A stretch of 63,983 bases of DNA, the filler included, from Hausera hauseri (Eukaryota), in the NCBI GenBank assembly GCA_046269625.1. It is 12 parts of 12 records of this genome, joined end to end, with 100 filler letters (N's around TTAATTAATTAA, not from the genome) between each part and the next. Parts side by side here need not be neighbours in the genome. Positions count along the whole stretch, not along the records: positions 36,315 to 40,685 come from JBJURY010612444.1; positions 40,786 to 50,153 come from JBJURY010394367.1; positions 50,254 to 55,294 come from JBJURY010353931.1; 9 more parts are not named here. One strand, 5' to 3'. Position numbers and translations under genes: made by a program. The notes beneath the pieces are model-generated. The model was not told the origin of the DNA and ran no database searches. It saw only the letters and a program-made list of their open reading frames with translations. Positions within the stretch are counted from its first letter, which is position 1, and each line of letters starts with the position of its first letter. Positions 39,155 to 53,121 of the stretch are shown here, one piece after another.

Positions 39155-40785
39155 ATACATGCTTGTGGATCTCTCACGTTCAAATTTTTAGTTGTTGATT
39201 TTACTGTGTATTATTTGATTCTGAGTATTTCTATATGTAGTAAAATATTGAATTTCAGTTTTGACTTTTGATGAAATTGAGAAATAAAACTAGTTGATAT
39301 ATCAACTAATTATCACCAGCATTTGATGGTATTGTTTTCCAGTTCACAATTGTAAATTATATGTAAACAGTTTATTGCTTTGTTTTTATTTAAAATTGTA
39401 TATTTTTGTCGTTATAGATTTAGAGTTTTTTGTCGGTTAATGTTTACCAACCATGTTTTTGTTGTTCAACTTACACTAGAGTTAAAATTTCATTTTAATT
39501 CTGTTCTGTCATTTGCTGTACTACCTATTTGTTAGTCTATGTTTACTTCGACAAAGTTGTCTAATCAATCATGATTGGATTTTATTAAATATTTATTGGC
39601 ATTTCAACTTAATTTTTACGTTTTATCTATTGTTATGCGTTTAAGAAAACGCTTGAAAATTTTTAAACTTAATCGTAAAAAATATGTTTAACGTTTTTGT
39701 AATTTAGCAATTGGATTGTGCTTAAATTTATTACTATTTTTTAACGTATTGTTTCATGCGAACATTAGAAGGTCAAGTATATAAGTATACTTTGGATTTT
39801 GACAGTTTTAGTTATTTGATTTTTTGTTGATGCGTTAGTCACGGTTACTTTTAGAAAAATTTTTTTAACATTGAAAATGTATGTGTTCTTGGTTTTATGG
39901 GGTTTTTCGCAATGCTGATTCCGAATATGTTTTTATATTCCTTTGATGAAAGCGAATTTTCACTATTTTATTTATTATTTCGAATGTGCCCATAAAATGT
40001 ATAAGTTTTTCATTTGATCGACAAATGTAACTAAACAGAAAAATTCAAATTGAATGCAAGCATATTTTAGAGATTTTTCGACATTGAATCTTTCACTTTC
40101 AAACTCTGCTTGTTCAAGCTTTTTCTTGATACTGACATTGTTGGCTACCGAAAAGCATTCGTTTTTATTAAAACATGGGGGTTTTACTCTTTTTAACCAC
40201 GTTCATCTAAAAGAATGTAGAACAACATCAGATTATTTGGTACTTTATTCTTCCGCTTTCTATTCAATTTGAGTTCTGAAAATTCTGATACTGTTAATAA
40301 CAAATTTTTGATAAATTATATCCATGAATGAGAAAACATTTTTTATACTATTATATCAACCAGTGGCGTTCCGAAGGAACTTTAAGAGGTTAAACCTGTT
40401 CACGGAACCTGACTTCAAAATTTTTTTCATGGGATCTATTGGTAATGTTTAAAATTTTAAATTTTTTGTACATTTTGTAAACATTTAAACATGAATAAAT
40501 TTGAAAATTGCTTAAATTTCATATTGGGAACCGAAAGTGCAGGATGTACCATTCAAGATGCTGTTATTGTTACAAATTAATACTAGCACAACTATTACGT
40601 AAACCCCCTAACTTGATGGAAATATTTGCATCTGAAAGCCCAGGTTTTCCTCTATAATCCGTAAAAAAATTTTGTTCGAAAGTTGNNNNNNNNNNNNNNN
40701 NNNNNNNNNNNNNNNNNNNNNNNNNNNNNTTAATTAATTAANNNNNNNNNNNNNNNNNNNNNNNNNNNNNNNNNNNNNNNNNNNN

Positions 40786-43700
40786 GTATTAACTGATGCA
40801 CTTATAAGATGATGTGCTTATTATTCGATACGCTTATTATGTGATGCGATCAAAAGGTGATGCACTTAATAGGTGGTGCACTTATTAGGTGCGGTGCTTA
40901 TTTGTTGATGCTGTGATTAGGTGGTGCGCAGACTAAGCTATGCATTTAATTATCGATGCGCTTATTAAGGGATGCGCTTATTAGGTGATGAACTTATTAG
41001 TTGATTCACGTATTAGGAGATGCACTTATAACGTGAAGCGATTATTAGGTGAGAGGCTTATTAGGTGATGCGATTATTATGTGATGCACATATTAGGTGA
41101 TGCAATTATTGGGTGAAGCACTTATTAGGTGACGCTGTTATTGGGTCGTGCGCAGATTAGGCGATGCACTTATTTATCGATGCACTTGTTAAGCGATGTG
41201 GTTATTATGTGATGCAGTTATTAGATGATGTCTCTATTTGGTCCTGCGCCTATTAGTTGATGCACTAATTAGTTGATGCGCTTAATAAATGATGCACTTA
41301 TTAGGTGGCGCACTTATAAGTTGATGCACTTATAAGGTGATGTGCATATTAGGTGATGCGCTTATTACGTCATGCACTCATTGGTTGATGCACTTATTAA
41401 GTGATGCAGTTATTAGGTGATGTACTTATTAGGTGATACACTTATTATGTAATGCACTTCTTAGGTGATGCGCTTAATAAGTGAGCCTCTTATTAGGGGA
41501 TGCACTTATTTGTCAAATAACATATCAGGCGATGCGCTTAATAGTTGATGCATGTATTACGTGATGCACCTTTTAGATGATGCACTTATAACGTGATGTG
41601 CTTATAAGGCGATACGTTTATTAGGTGATGCTCTTATTAGGCGATGCACTCATTAGGTGATGCATTTATTAGGTGATGCACTTATTAGGTGATGCGCTTA
41701 TAACGTGATGTGCTTATGAGGCGATACGTTTATTAGAAGATGCTCTTATTAGGCGATGCACTCATTAGGTGATGCATTTATTAGGTGATGCACCTATTAG
41801 GTGATGTACTTAATAGATGATGCGCTTATTAGATGATGCTGTTATTATGCGGTGCGCAGGTTAGGCGATGCACTCAATTATCGATGCACTTATTAAGCGA
41901 TGCGCTTAGTAGGTGATGCACATATTATTTGATATGCTTATTAAGTGATGCACAGATTATGCGATGCACTTAATTATCGATGCACTTATTAAGCGATGCG
42001 CTTATTAGGTGAATCACTTATTAGGTGATGCTATTATTAGGCGATGTGCTTAACAGTTGATGCACTTATTAGGTGATGCACTTATTAGTTGACACGCTTA
42101 TTAGTCGTTGCACTTATTAGGTGATGCACTTATTGGGTGATGCACCTATTACTTGACGCACTAATTATTTAATGCACTTATGAGTTGATGCGCTTATTAG
42201 TTGATGGACTTATTAGGTGATGGTCTTCTTAGTTGAGGCGCTTATTATTTGATGCGCTTATTACGTGATGGTATTAATAGTTGATGGGCTTATTAGGTGA
42301 TGCGCTTACTAGGTAAGGCGCTTATTAGGATATGGGCTTATTAGGTGATGTCCTTCTTAGGTGAGGCGCTTTTTAGGTGATTCGCTCATTACGTGATGCA
42401 CTTATTTGGTGTTGTAATTATTAGGTGATTCATTTATTAAGTGATGCACTTATTATGTGATTCACTTATTAGGTGGTGCGCTTAATATGCGAGGCTCTTA
42501 TTAGGTGATGCACTTATTTGTCGAATCACATTTTAGGCGATGCGTTTAATCGGTAATGCACATATTAGGTGATGAAATTATTAGGTAATGCACTTATAAG
42601 GTGATGCACTTATTAGGTGATACGCTTATTAGGTGACGCGCTTATTAGGTGATGCGCGCATTACGTGATGCACTTATTATGTGATGCACGTATTTGGTGT
42701 TGTATTTATTACGTGATGCATTTATTAAGTGATGCACTTATTATGTCATTCAAGTATTATATTACGCTCTTAATAAGTGAGGCTCTTATTGGGGGATGCA
42801 CTTATTTGTCGAATCACATTTTAGGTGATGCGCTTAATAGGTGATGCTCGTATTAGCTGATGCACTTATTAGGTGATGCTGTTATTAGGTGGTGCGCACA
42901 TTAGTCGATGCAATTAATTATCGATGCACTTATTAGTTGATGAACTTATTACGTGATGCACTTATTAGGTGATGCTGTTATTAGATGGTGCGCAGATTAG
43001 GCGATGCATTTAATTATCAAATCACTTATTAAGCGATGTGCTTATTAGATGATGCACTTATTAGGTGATGCACTTATTGGGCGATGCACATATTAGTTGA
43101 CGCACTAGTTAGTTGATGCACTTATTAGTTGATGCGCTTATTAGTTGATGGACTTATTACGTGATGGTCTTCTTAGGTGAAGCTCTTATTAGTTGATGCG
43201 CTTATTACGTGATGGTATTAATAGGTGATAGACTTATTAGGTGATGCGCTTATTAGGTGTTATGCTTATTAGGAGATGCGCTTATTAGGTGATACACTTA
43301 TTAGGTGATGCGCTTGTTAGGTGATGCGCTTATTAGATTATGCACCTATTAGATGATACACTTATTAGGCGATGCACTTAACAGGTGATGCACTTATTAG
43401 GCGATGCACTTCTTATTTCATGCGCTTATTAGGTGATGCGCTTATTGGTTGATGCACATATTAGTTGACGCAATAATTAGTTGATGCACTTATTAGTTGA
43501 TGCGCGTATTATTTGACGCGCTTATAAGTTGATGGACTTATTAGGTGATGCCCTTATTATGTCATGCACTTATTAGGTGATGTGCTTATTAGTTCATTCG
43601 TTTCTTAGTTGCGACACTTCTTAATTGATGCACTTATTAGGTGATGCGTTTTTCATGTGATGCGGTTATTAAATAATGCACTTATTAGGTGGTGCGCTTA

Positions 43701-46700
43701 TTAGGTGATGGATTTATTTGTCGATGAACATATTAGGCGTAGCGCTTATTATGCGATGCACTTATTAGTCGAAACGCTTATTAGGTTATGCACTCATTAG
43801 GTGTTGCACTTAGTAGGTGATAAAATTATTATGTGATGCACTTATTAGAAGATTCACTTATAATGTGATCGACTTATTGTGTGTTGCCCTTATTATTATT
43901 AGGTGTGATACACGTATTAGGCGATGCGCCTGTTACGTGATGCGCTTATTAGATGATGCGCTTATTAGGCGTTGCAGTTATTAATTGAAGCACTTATTAT
44001 GTGATGGACTTATTAAGTGATGCACTTCTTAGGTAATGAGCTTATTAGGTGATGCGCTTATTATGTGATTCACTTATTGGGTGATGCATTTATTAGGTGA
44101 TGCGCTTATTAGGTTATGCGCATATTATGTGACGCACTTATTAGTTGGCGCACATATTAGGTAATGCACTTATTAGATGGTGCGCTTATTAGGAGATGCG
44201 CTTATTAGATGAAGCACTCATTAGATGTTGCACTTATTATGTGATGAAATTATAATGTGATGCGCTTATTAGATGATGCACATATTATGTGATGGACTTA
44301 TTAGGTATTGCCCTTATTATTATTAGGTGATGCACGTATTAGGCGATGCGCCTCTTACGTGATGCGCTTATTATATGATGCGCTTATTGGGTGATGGATT
44401 TCTTAGGTGATGCACTTATTAGGTGATGCATGTATTAGGTGATGCGCTTATTAGGTGATGCGCATATTAGTTGAATCGCTTATTACGTGGTAAGCTTATA
44501 AGTTAATGCACTTTTTATGTGATGCACTTATTAGGTGATGCGCATTTAAGCGATGCGCTTATTAAGTTATGCGCTTATAATGTGATGCACTTATTATGTG
44601 GCGCACTTATTATGTTACGCGTTTATTAGGTGGTGCGCTTATTAGGTGATGGACTTGTTTGTCGATGGATATATTAGGCGATGCGCTTATTAGGTGATGC
44701 ACGTATTAGTTACCGATTGTAAGGTGATACACTTATTAGTGATGCGCATATTAGGTGATGCGCTTATTAGGTTTTTTTTTCTTATTAGGTGAGACGCTTA
44801 TTATATGATGCTCTTATTAGTTGATGCATTTATTCGGTGACGCGCTCATTCGGTGATGCACTTATTAATTGATGCGCTTATTAGGTGATGGACTTAATTG
44901 TTGATGCTCATATTAGGCGACGCTCTTACAAGGTGATACATTTATAGTGTGATGCGCTTATTAGGTGATGCGCTTATAATGTGATGTACTTTTTAGGTGG
45001 CGCACTTATTATGTAAGGCGCCAATAATGTGGAACACTTATTAGGTGACGGACATATTTGTCGATGGACATATTAGGCGAAGCGCTGATTAGGTGACGCA
45101 CTTATTAGGTGACGGACTTATTAGGTGATACACTTATTAGGTGATGCGCTTATTAGGTGATGCGCTTATTCGGTGAAGGAGTCCTTAGTTGACGAACTTA
45201 TTAGGTGATGCACTTATTAGGTTTTGCGCTTATTAGGCGAGGCGCTTATAGGTAATGCACTCATTACGTGATGCACTCATTATGGGATGCACTTATTAGT
45301 TGATGCGCTTATTAGATGAAGGACTTATTTGTCAATACTCATATTAGGCAAAGCGCTTACTAGTTGACCCACCTATAGTGCGATGCGCTTATTAGGTGAT
45401 GCGATTATTAGGTCATGCACTTATTAGGTGATGCGCGTATTATTTGATGCGCTTATAAGGTGATGGACTTATTATTTGATGCCCTTATTAACTGATGCAC
45501 TTATTAGGTGATGTGCTTATTAGTTCATGCGCTTCTTAAATGCGGCACTTATTATTTGATGCACTTATTAGGTAATGCGTTTTTTATGTGATGCGGTTAT
45601 TATGTGATGCGCTTATTAGGTGATGCACTTATTAGGTAATGCACTTATTAGTTGATGCGCTTTTTACGTGATGCGTTTATTAGGCTATGCGCTTATTATG
45701 TTACGCACTTATTATGTGGCGCACTTATTAGGTAATGCATTTAATAGGTTGTGCACGTATTATGTGATGGATTTATTTGTCGATGGACATATTAGGCGAA
45801 GCACTTATTAGGTGATGCACTTAATGGGTGATGCGCTTATTATGTGATGCACTCATTAGATGTTGCACTTAGTAAGTGATAAAATTATTATGTGATGAGC
45901 TTATTAGATGATTCACTTTTAGGTGATGGATTTATTAGGTGATGCGCTTATTATGTGATTCACTTATTGGGTTAGGGACTTATTACGTGATGCGCTTATT
46001 AGTTGATGCGCTTCTTAGGTGATGCACGTATTACGTGATGCGCCTATTACGCGATGCGCTTATAAGATTATGCGCTTCTGACGCGCTGCGGTTATTAGGT
46101 TATGCACTTATTACGTGATGCGCTTATTAGGCGATGCAGTTATCAGGTGATGCACCTATTAGTAGAAGCCATTATTAGGTCAGGCGCTTATTAGGCGTTG
46201 CGCTTATTTGGTGAGGCTCTTATTAGATGATGGACATATTAGGTAATGCGCTTATTAGTTGTTGCGCTTATTACGTGATGCTCTTATTAAGTAATGGACT
46301 TATTAGGTGTTGCCCTTATTATTATTATTAGGTGTTGCACGTATTAGGCGATGCGCCTATTACGTGATGCGCTTATTAGATGATGCTCTTATTAGGCGTT
46401 GCAGTTATTATGTAAAGCATTTATTACGTGATGGACTTATTAGTTGATGCACTTCTTATGTAAAGCGCTTATAAGGTGATGGACTTATTAGGTGATGCGC
46501 TTATTATGTAATTCATTTATTGGCTGATGCACTTATTAGTTGATGCGCTTTTAGGTGATGCGCTTATAAGGTTCTGCGCTTATAATGTTATGTACTTATT
46601 AGGTGGCGCACTTATTAAGTAATGAGCTTATTGGAAGCTGCGCTTATAGATGATGGACTTATATATCGATGGACATATTAGGCGAAGCGCTTATTAGGTG

Positions 46701-49700
46701 ACGCCCTTATTACGTGACGGACTTAGTAAGTGATACACTTATTAGGTGATGCCCTTGTTAGGCGACGCGCTTACTAGGTGATGCAATTATAGTGTGATGC
46801 GCTTATTAGGTGATCCGATTATTAGGTGATACACTTATTAGGTGATGCGCTTATTAGATGATGGACTTATTTGTCGATACTCATATTAGGCGAAGCGCTT
46901 ACTAGTTGACTCAATTATAGTGTGATGCGCTTATTAGGTGATGCGATTATTAGATCATGCACTTATTAGGTGATGCGCGTATTATTTGATGCGCTTATAA
47001 GGTGATGGACTTATTAGTTGATGCTTTTATTAACTGATGCACTTATTAGGTGATGTGCTTATTAGTTCATGCGCTTCTTAGGTGCGGCACTTATTATTTG
47101 ATGCACTTATTAGGTGATGCGTTTTTTATGTGATGCGCTTTTTAGGTGATGCGCTTATTATGCTACGCACTTATTAGGTAATGCACTTATTAGGTGGTGC
47201 ACTTATTATGTTATGGATTTGTTTGTCGATGAACATATTAGGCGTAGCGCTTATTAAGCGATGCACTTATTAGTTGAAACGCGTATTAGATTATGCACTC
47301 ATTAGATGTTGCACTTAGTAGGTTACAAAATTATTATGTGATGCACTTATTAGATGATTCACTTATTAGGTGATGGACTTATTAGTTGTTGCCCTTATTA
47401 TTATTAGGTGATTCACGTATTAGGTTATGCGCCTATTACGTGATGCCCTTATTAGGTGAGGCGATAATTAGGCGTTGCAGTTATTAGTTGAAGCACTTAT
47501 TATGTGATAAACTTATTATGTGATGCACTTCTTAGGTAATGCGATTATTAGGCGATGGACTTATTAAGTGATGCGCTTATTATGTGATTCACTTATTGGG
47601 TGAGGGACTTATTACGTGACGCGCTTATTAGTTGATGCGCTTCTTAGGTGAAGCACGTATTACGTGATGCGCCTATTACGTGATGCGCTTATCAGATTAT
47701 TCGCTTCTTACGCGCTGCGGTTATTAGGTAATGCACTTATTATGTGATGCACTTATTAGGTGATGCACTTATTATGTGATGCACTTATTATGTGATGCGC
47801 TTATTAGGTGATGCACCTATTAGTTGAAGCCATTATTAGGTTAGGCGCTTATTAGGCGTTGCAATTATTTGGTGAGGCTCTTATTAGATGATGGACTTAT
47901 TAGGTAATGCGCTTATTAGTTGTTGCGCTTATTAAGTGATGCTCTTATTAGTTGATGCATTTAATAGGTGATGCGCTTATTTTGTGATGCGCTTATTAGT
48001 TCATGCACTTATTAGTTGATGCATTTAATAAGTGATGCACTTATTAGTTGATGCGCTTTTAGGTGATGCGCTTATTAGGTTATGCGCTTATAATGTTATG
48101 TACTTATTAGGTGGCGCACTTATTATGTAATGAGCTTATTAGGTGGTGCGCTTATAGGTGATGGACTTATATGTCGATGGACATATTAGGCGAAGCGTTT
48201 ATTAGGCGACACCCTTATTAGGTGGCGGACTTAGTAAGTGATACACTTATTAGGTGATACTCTTATTAAGCGACGCTCTTACTAGGTGATGCAGTTATAG
48301 TGTGATGCGTTTATTAGGTGATGCGATTATTAGGTGATGCGCTTTTAGGTGATGCGCTTATTAGGTGATGCGCTTATTAGGTGATGCGCTTATTAGGTAA
48401 TGCAATTATAATGTGACGCGCTTATTAGGTGATGCGCTTAGTAGGTGATGCACTTATTAGCTGATGCACTTCTTAGGTGATGCGCTTATTAGGAGATGGA
48501 CTTATTTGTGGATGGACGTATTAGGCGAAGCGCTTATAAGTTTATGCACTTATTACTTGATGCGCTTATTAGGTGATGCACTCATTAGGTGTTGCACTTT
48601 TTAGTTGATGCACTTATTAGGTGATGGACTTATTTGTCGATACTCATATTAGTCGACGCGCTTACTAGGTGACCCACTTATCGTGTGATGCGCTTATTAG
48701 GTGATGCAATTATTAGGTTAGGCGCTTATAATGTGATGTACTTATTAGGTTGCGCACTTATTATATAGTGCGGTTATTAGGTGGTGCGCTTATTAGGTGA
48801 TAGACTTAATTGTCGATGGATATATTAGGCGAAGCACTTATTAGGTTACGCACTTATTTGGTGATGCGCTTATTAGGTGATGCACTCATTAGGTGTTGCA
48901 CTTATAAGGTAATGAAATTATTATGTGATGCGCTTATTAAATGATTCATTTATTAGGTGATGGACTTATTAGGTGTTGTCCTTATTATTATTAGGTGATA
49001 CACGTATTAGTCGATGCGCTTATTACATGATCCCCTTATTAGGTGATGCAACTTTTACGCGTTGCAGTTATTAGTTGAAGCACTTATTAGGTCATGGACT
49101 TATTAGGTGATGCGCTTGTTATGTGATTCACTTATTGGGTGAGGGACTTATTACGTGATGCGCTTTTTAGGTGATGCACTTATTAGTTGATGCACTTAAT
49201 AAGTGATGCACTTATTAGTTCATGCGATTTTAGGTGATGCGCTTATTAGGTTATGCGCTTATAATGTTATGTACTTATTAGGTTGCGCACTTATTATGTA
49301 GTGCGCTTAATAGGTAGTGCGCTTATTAGGTGATGGACGTATATGTCGATGGACATATTAGGCGAAGCGCTTATTAGGTGACGCCTTTATTAGGTGATGG
49401 ACTTATTAAGTGATACACTTATTAGGTGATGCGGTTATTAGGTGATGCGCTTATTAGGTGATGGACTCCTTAGTTGACGATGTTATTAGGTGATGCACTT
49501 ACAAAGTTTTGCACTTATTAGGTAAGGCGCTTATTAGATGATGCGTTTATTATTTTATGCACTTATTAGGTAATGCGATTATTAGGTGATGCACTTATTA
49601 GGTGGTGAACTTGTTAGGTGATGCACTTATTAGTTGATGCGCTTATTAGATGATGGACTTACTTGTGGATGCTCATATTAGGCGACGCGATTACTAGGTG

Positions 49701-50153
49701 ATGCACTTATAGTGTGATGCGCTTATTAGGTGATGCGATTATTAGGTGATGCACTTATTAGGTCATGTGCTTATTAGTTCATGTGCTTCTTAGGTGCGGC
49801 ACTTATTATTTGATGCACTTGTTAGATGATGCACTAGTTAGGTGATGGACTTATTTCTCGAATCATATATTAGGTGATGCGCTTAATATGTGATGCACTT
49901 ATTAGCTGATGCACTTATTAGATGATGCGCTTATTAGGCGTTGCAGTTATTATGTGAAGCATTTATTACGTAATGGACTTATTAGGTGATACACTTCTTA
50001 GGTAAAGCGATTATTAGGTGATGGACATATTAGGTGATGCGCTTATTATGTGACTCCCTTATTGGGTGATGGAATTATTAGGTGATGCGCTTATTAGGTG
50101 ATTCGCTTATTAGATGATGCGCTTATTAGGTGATGGATTTATTAAGTGATGCA
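40786..50153 (+). repeat. 16-bp satellite array, consensus TTATTAGGTGATGCRC, roughly 580 units, with higher-order variant blocks
   Basis: The whole contig is tandem degenerate 16-mers; no ORFs in any frame. Confidence 0.98.
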
Positions 50154-50255
50154 NNNNNNNNNNNNNNNNNNNNNNNNNNNNNNNNNNNNNNNNNNNNTTA
50201 ATTAATTAANNNNNNNNNNNNNNNNNNNNNNNNNNNNNNNNNNNNNNNNNNNNGT

Positions 50256-50351
50256 TTAACCAACGATCTGGGACAAAAGATCCCATTTATGAGCGGAACA
50301 TCGACGGTGACGTTACGTTTTAGGACGAAGGGACAAGTCGATTTCCAGTAA
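50256..50351 (+). pseudogene. Polinton minor capsid (penton) C-terminus
   Basis: LTNDLGQKIPFMSGTSTVTLRFR* matches the typical penton end, and it lies just upstream of the core/MCP genes. Confidence 0.7.
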
Positions 50352-50364
50352 GGTTGGTCAGACA

Positions 50365-50810
50365 TACCCCTTTGCATCGAAACGCCGAGGCATACAACGA
50401 CTTTTACCACAGCCAAGCCAGAGATGGGATTCCCGTCTTTGTCAGTGGTAGACATCAGAGAAGGAGAGGGATTTGAAGTTTCTTTAGCTCTGGGGTCGAA
50501 TGGTTCTCCCATGGCTAAAGACTGAAGGCAAAGCCCTGCTCAGGGAAGGAATTGGTACGAGCTTGCAAGTCTCCAATGACGCTTTAGCCGATAGAAATGT
50601 AGGTGAAGCCATTAGAGACCACGCCAGACAGGCGGGTCAGAAACTGCTGCAAGGTGCGGTGAGCCACATGGCAGGCAACCAATCGGGTAGCGGTACCTGC
50701 CCCACCAGGCGAGCCCTTTAGCAAAGGAATAAAACCGACGGTCGCTTCGAGTATTTCTCATAACAAGTGCAAGGAAAAGCGAGTCAGGCTGTATTCAGAC
50801 ATCCTTGATT
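50365..50810 (+). pseudogene. Polinton/adintovirus core (pVII/pX-like) protein, frameshifted
   Basis: YNDFYHSQARDGIPVFVSGRHQRRRGI*SFF...PWLKTEGKALLREGIGTSLQVSNDAL..RNV.EA...QSGSG. Confidence 0.65.
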
Positions 50811-50814
50811 AATA

Positions 50815-52072
50815 ATGTCTCTCCTTCACCCCGGCTCGTGCGAGTGCCTTCACTCTGAATTGTATTTGTTTAGTGTTCCTCCGACGCAAACGGCGGTAGA
50901 GGAAGGACAGTTTGTAGAAATTTACCTCGCTTCTCTCGCATCTGGGGCGCCCATAGAATTTGTAATATCCGGAAACAGCGAAGAGTATCTAGATTTGTTT
51001 AATAATTTTTGTTACACGTGAAAGCCAAAGTCGTTTTAGTCAATGGCAACAACATACCCAAAGTTTATTTTCTCAAGTGGACTTTGCCCTGAGCGATAGG
51101 TTGATCACGCTTAGTGAAAACACGTATCCTTACAGATCTTACCTCGAATCGATCTTAAATTATGGTCAGGAAGCAAAAAAGGGGTCACCAAACGGCAGCT
51201 CTATACTGCAACGACACACCAACATTTTTCGATGATGCAAAAGGCGAATTTAACTTTGGAATAAAAATGCGTTGGGTGTTGGCTGGAGGTAGTCATGAAA
51301 TGGATATGATGGAAAAGTTGCACTCTGACATTTTCGTGCAAGACCGATATTTGCTGAACAGTGTAGATGTAAAAATAAAGCTCACACCGGCCAAGGACGC
51401 GTTCAGCCTTATAGCCGACGATCCAGCAGAAGATTATAAATCAATTATAACTTTAGCCGTCCTGGTAGTCAGGAAAGCCAATTTAAATCCAGCCATCTCT
51501 CTGGCACACGAAAAGGCCTTAACTACAGCGAACGCGAAATACCAATCAAACGTATCTCACTATAGACATTGTCTATCCCTAAAGGGATGTTGTCGCACAT
51601 TCAAGACAATTTTTTTCCTAAGTAAAACACCCACACGTATTGTAGTCGGAATAGTTAGTTCCACAGCCTTTAATAACCAGTTCAACTTCCAACACTTTGG
51701 CCTGACATATCTTAATGTAACCGTTGATGGTCGAACAGCCACAGGCAAACCGTTACCAAAAAACTTTGAACACAATCAATATGCCAGAGCCTTTTTGGAA
51801 CTAATCTAGCGATGAACCTCATAGGCATAACACTGGGTGGGATGTACAGTACAGAGATTTTAAGAATGGTTACACACTCTACGCCTTTGACTTAACACTC
51901 AGCCTTTTTATACGGTGACCAGTTTGAACTCGCGAAAAACGGACCCCTTTCATTAGAGTTTAAATTTTCCTCCATAACGCCAGAACCTATACAAGTCATA
52001 GTGTACGCTGAGCAAGATTCCATAATTGAAATTTCCAAGACTCGCCAAGTGTTAATGAATTACGCAGCTTGA
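50815..52072 (+). pseudogene. Polinton/adintovirus major capsid protein (double jelly-roll), frameshifted
   Basis: MSLLHPGSCECLHSELYLFSVPPTQTAVE...PIEFVISG..EYLDL; YPYRSYLESILNYG; LHSDIFVQDRYLLNSVDVKIKL; PTRIVVG; FNFQHF; GYTLYAFDLT; VIVYAE..SIIEI. Confidence 0.9.
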
Positions 52073-52076
52073 AAAA

Positions 52077-52550
52077 ATGAATACTGAAGAAATAATAACA
52101 TTTTACAGTCTGACATTTTCGTTGTCATAAGTATTAGCGCGAGATCAACTACCAGAGTTTTTTGATAGAACCAAGCCTGCTGCCTTTGTCATAAACACAG
52201 ATCCCAGTTATCTAGCAGGCAGTCATTGGGTTGCCTTGTATTACAACGGTGATGGAACATTTGAATACTTTGACTCGTTTGGTTTACCGCCAATGCACAA
52301 GGACATTACAATTTTCATAAAAATGAACTCTGACAGACTGGTCATCTATAATGTACAGCCTCTACAAAGCATTACGAGTAACACGTGTGGTCTCTATGCT
52401 ATTTATTTCATCCTGATTAAATGTCGAGGGAGAAGTATGCAATGCGCCCTTATGCCGTTCACAATACACAGACAGCCCACGAATGACATGACTGTTTGGT
52501 GCTTCGTTCGACCTTGGCTGCGCAAAAATAAATTTGATTTTGTTCTATAA
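52077..52550 (+). pseudogene. Adenain-like cysteine maturation protease
   Basis: VINTDPSYLAGSHWVALY...EYFDSFGLPP...QPLQSITSNTCGLYAIYF (H-D-Q-C catalytic set); 5' part disrupted. Confidence 0.9.
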
Positions 52551-52635
52551 ATAACTATGACGTTATAAAACCGGGTTGAACCGGTTATAATGGTATATAA
52601 GAAGCTGCGTTTTCGCTGTAGCCAACACACTGAAA

Positions 52636-53121
52636 ATGTATACGAAGATAGGCGAGCATTTGTATATGACAACCGATGCGGTGTTTGTGAAACCGCTAGG
52701 TGACATGAAACTAGTGACCGTTTCATTTTATAGAAATAAGACCATGGTGCATGTTCGCCGATACTTTGGAGAAATTTACATCAAATACCCGACGAAAACA
52801 GTCATCTCGTTGAATCGCGAAGACTTTGAAAAGCTGCTCGCGATGCAGAATGACATTTTAGCTGCTTTTGATAAGCTAAACACGGCACCAAAAGATGTAT
52901 CAGAAAGAGAACCGTTAACAGACATTGACTCAAATGTACCAAATTTTCTCTCATTCTACAATCAAGACACGCAACCTGACTTTTTACAGACCTATGTGCC
53001 CACGTATGATGCTTGTATTCAAGCAACAACACCAGTTTCTGATGTTCAATATAAAAAACAATTAAAAGAGCCACGCAAGCCGTCTCTGAAGAAATTCAAA
53101 CGCGTGAAAAATTTGCCTTAA
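52636..53121 (+). CDS. PC4/Sub1-like ssDNA-binding domain protein of the Polinton
   Basis: KPLGDMKLVTVSFYRNKTMVHVRRYF...YPTKTVISLNREDFEKL follows the PC4 pattern; ORF intact, with a basic C-terminus. Confidence 0.75.
   Translation: MYTKIGEHLYMTTDAVFVKPLGDMKLVTVSFYRNKTMVHVRRYFGEIYIKYPTKTVISLNREDFEKLLAMQNDILAAFDKLNTAPKDVSEREPLTDIDSNVPNFLSFYNQDTQPDFLQTYVPTYDACIQATTPVSDVQYKKQLKEPRKPSLKKFKRVKNLP

Noticed and set aside
39830-40290. Possible minus-strand exons with a 37-bp intron
   Set aside because: Frames do not join cleanly and no protein family is recognisable.
40786-50153. CRISPR-like array
   Set aside because: Contiguous degenerate 16-mers with no unique spacers and no cas genes, in a eukaryotic context: a satellite.
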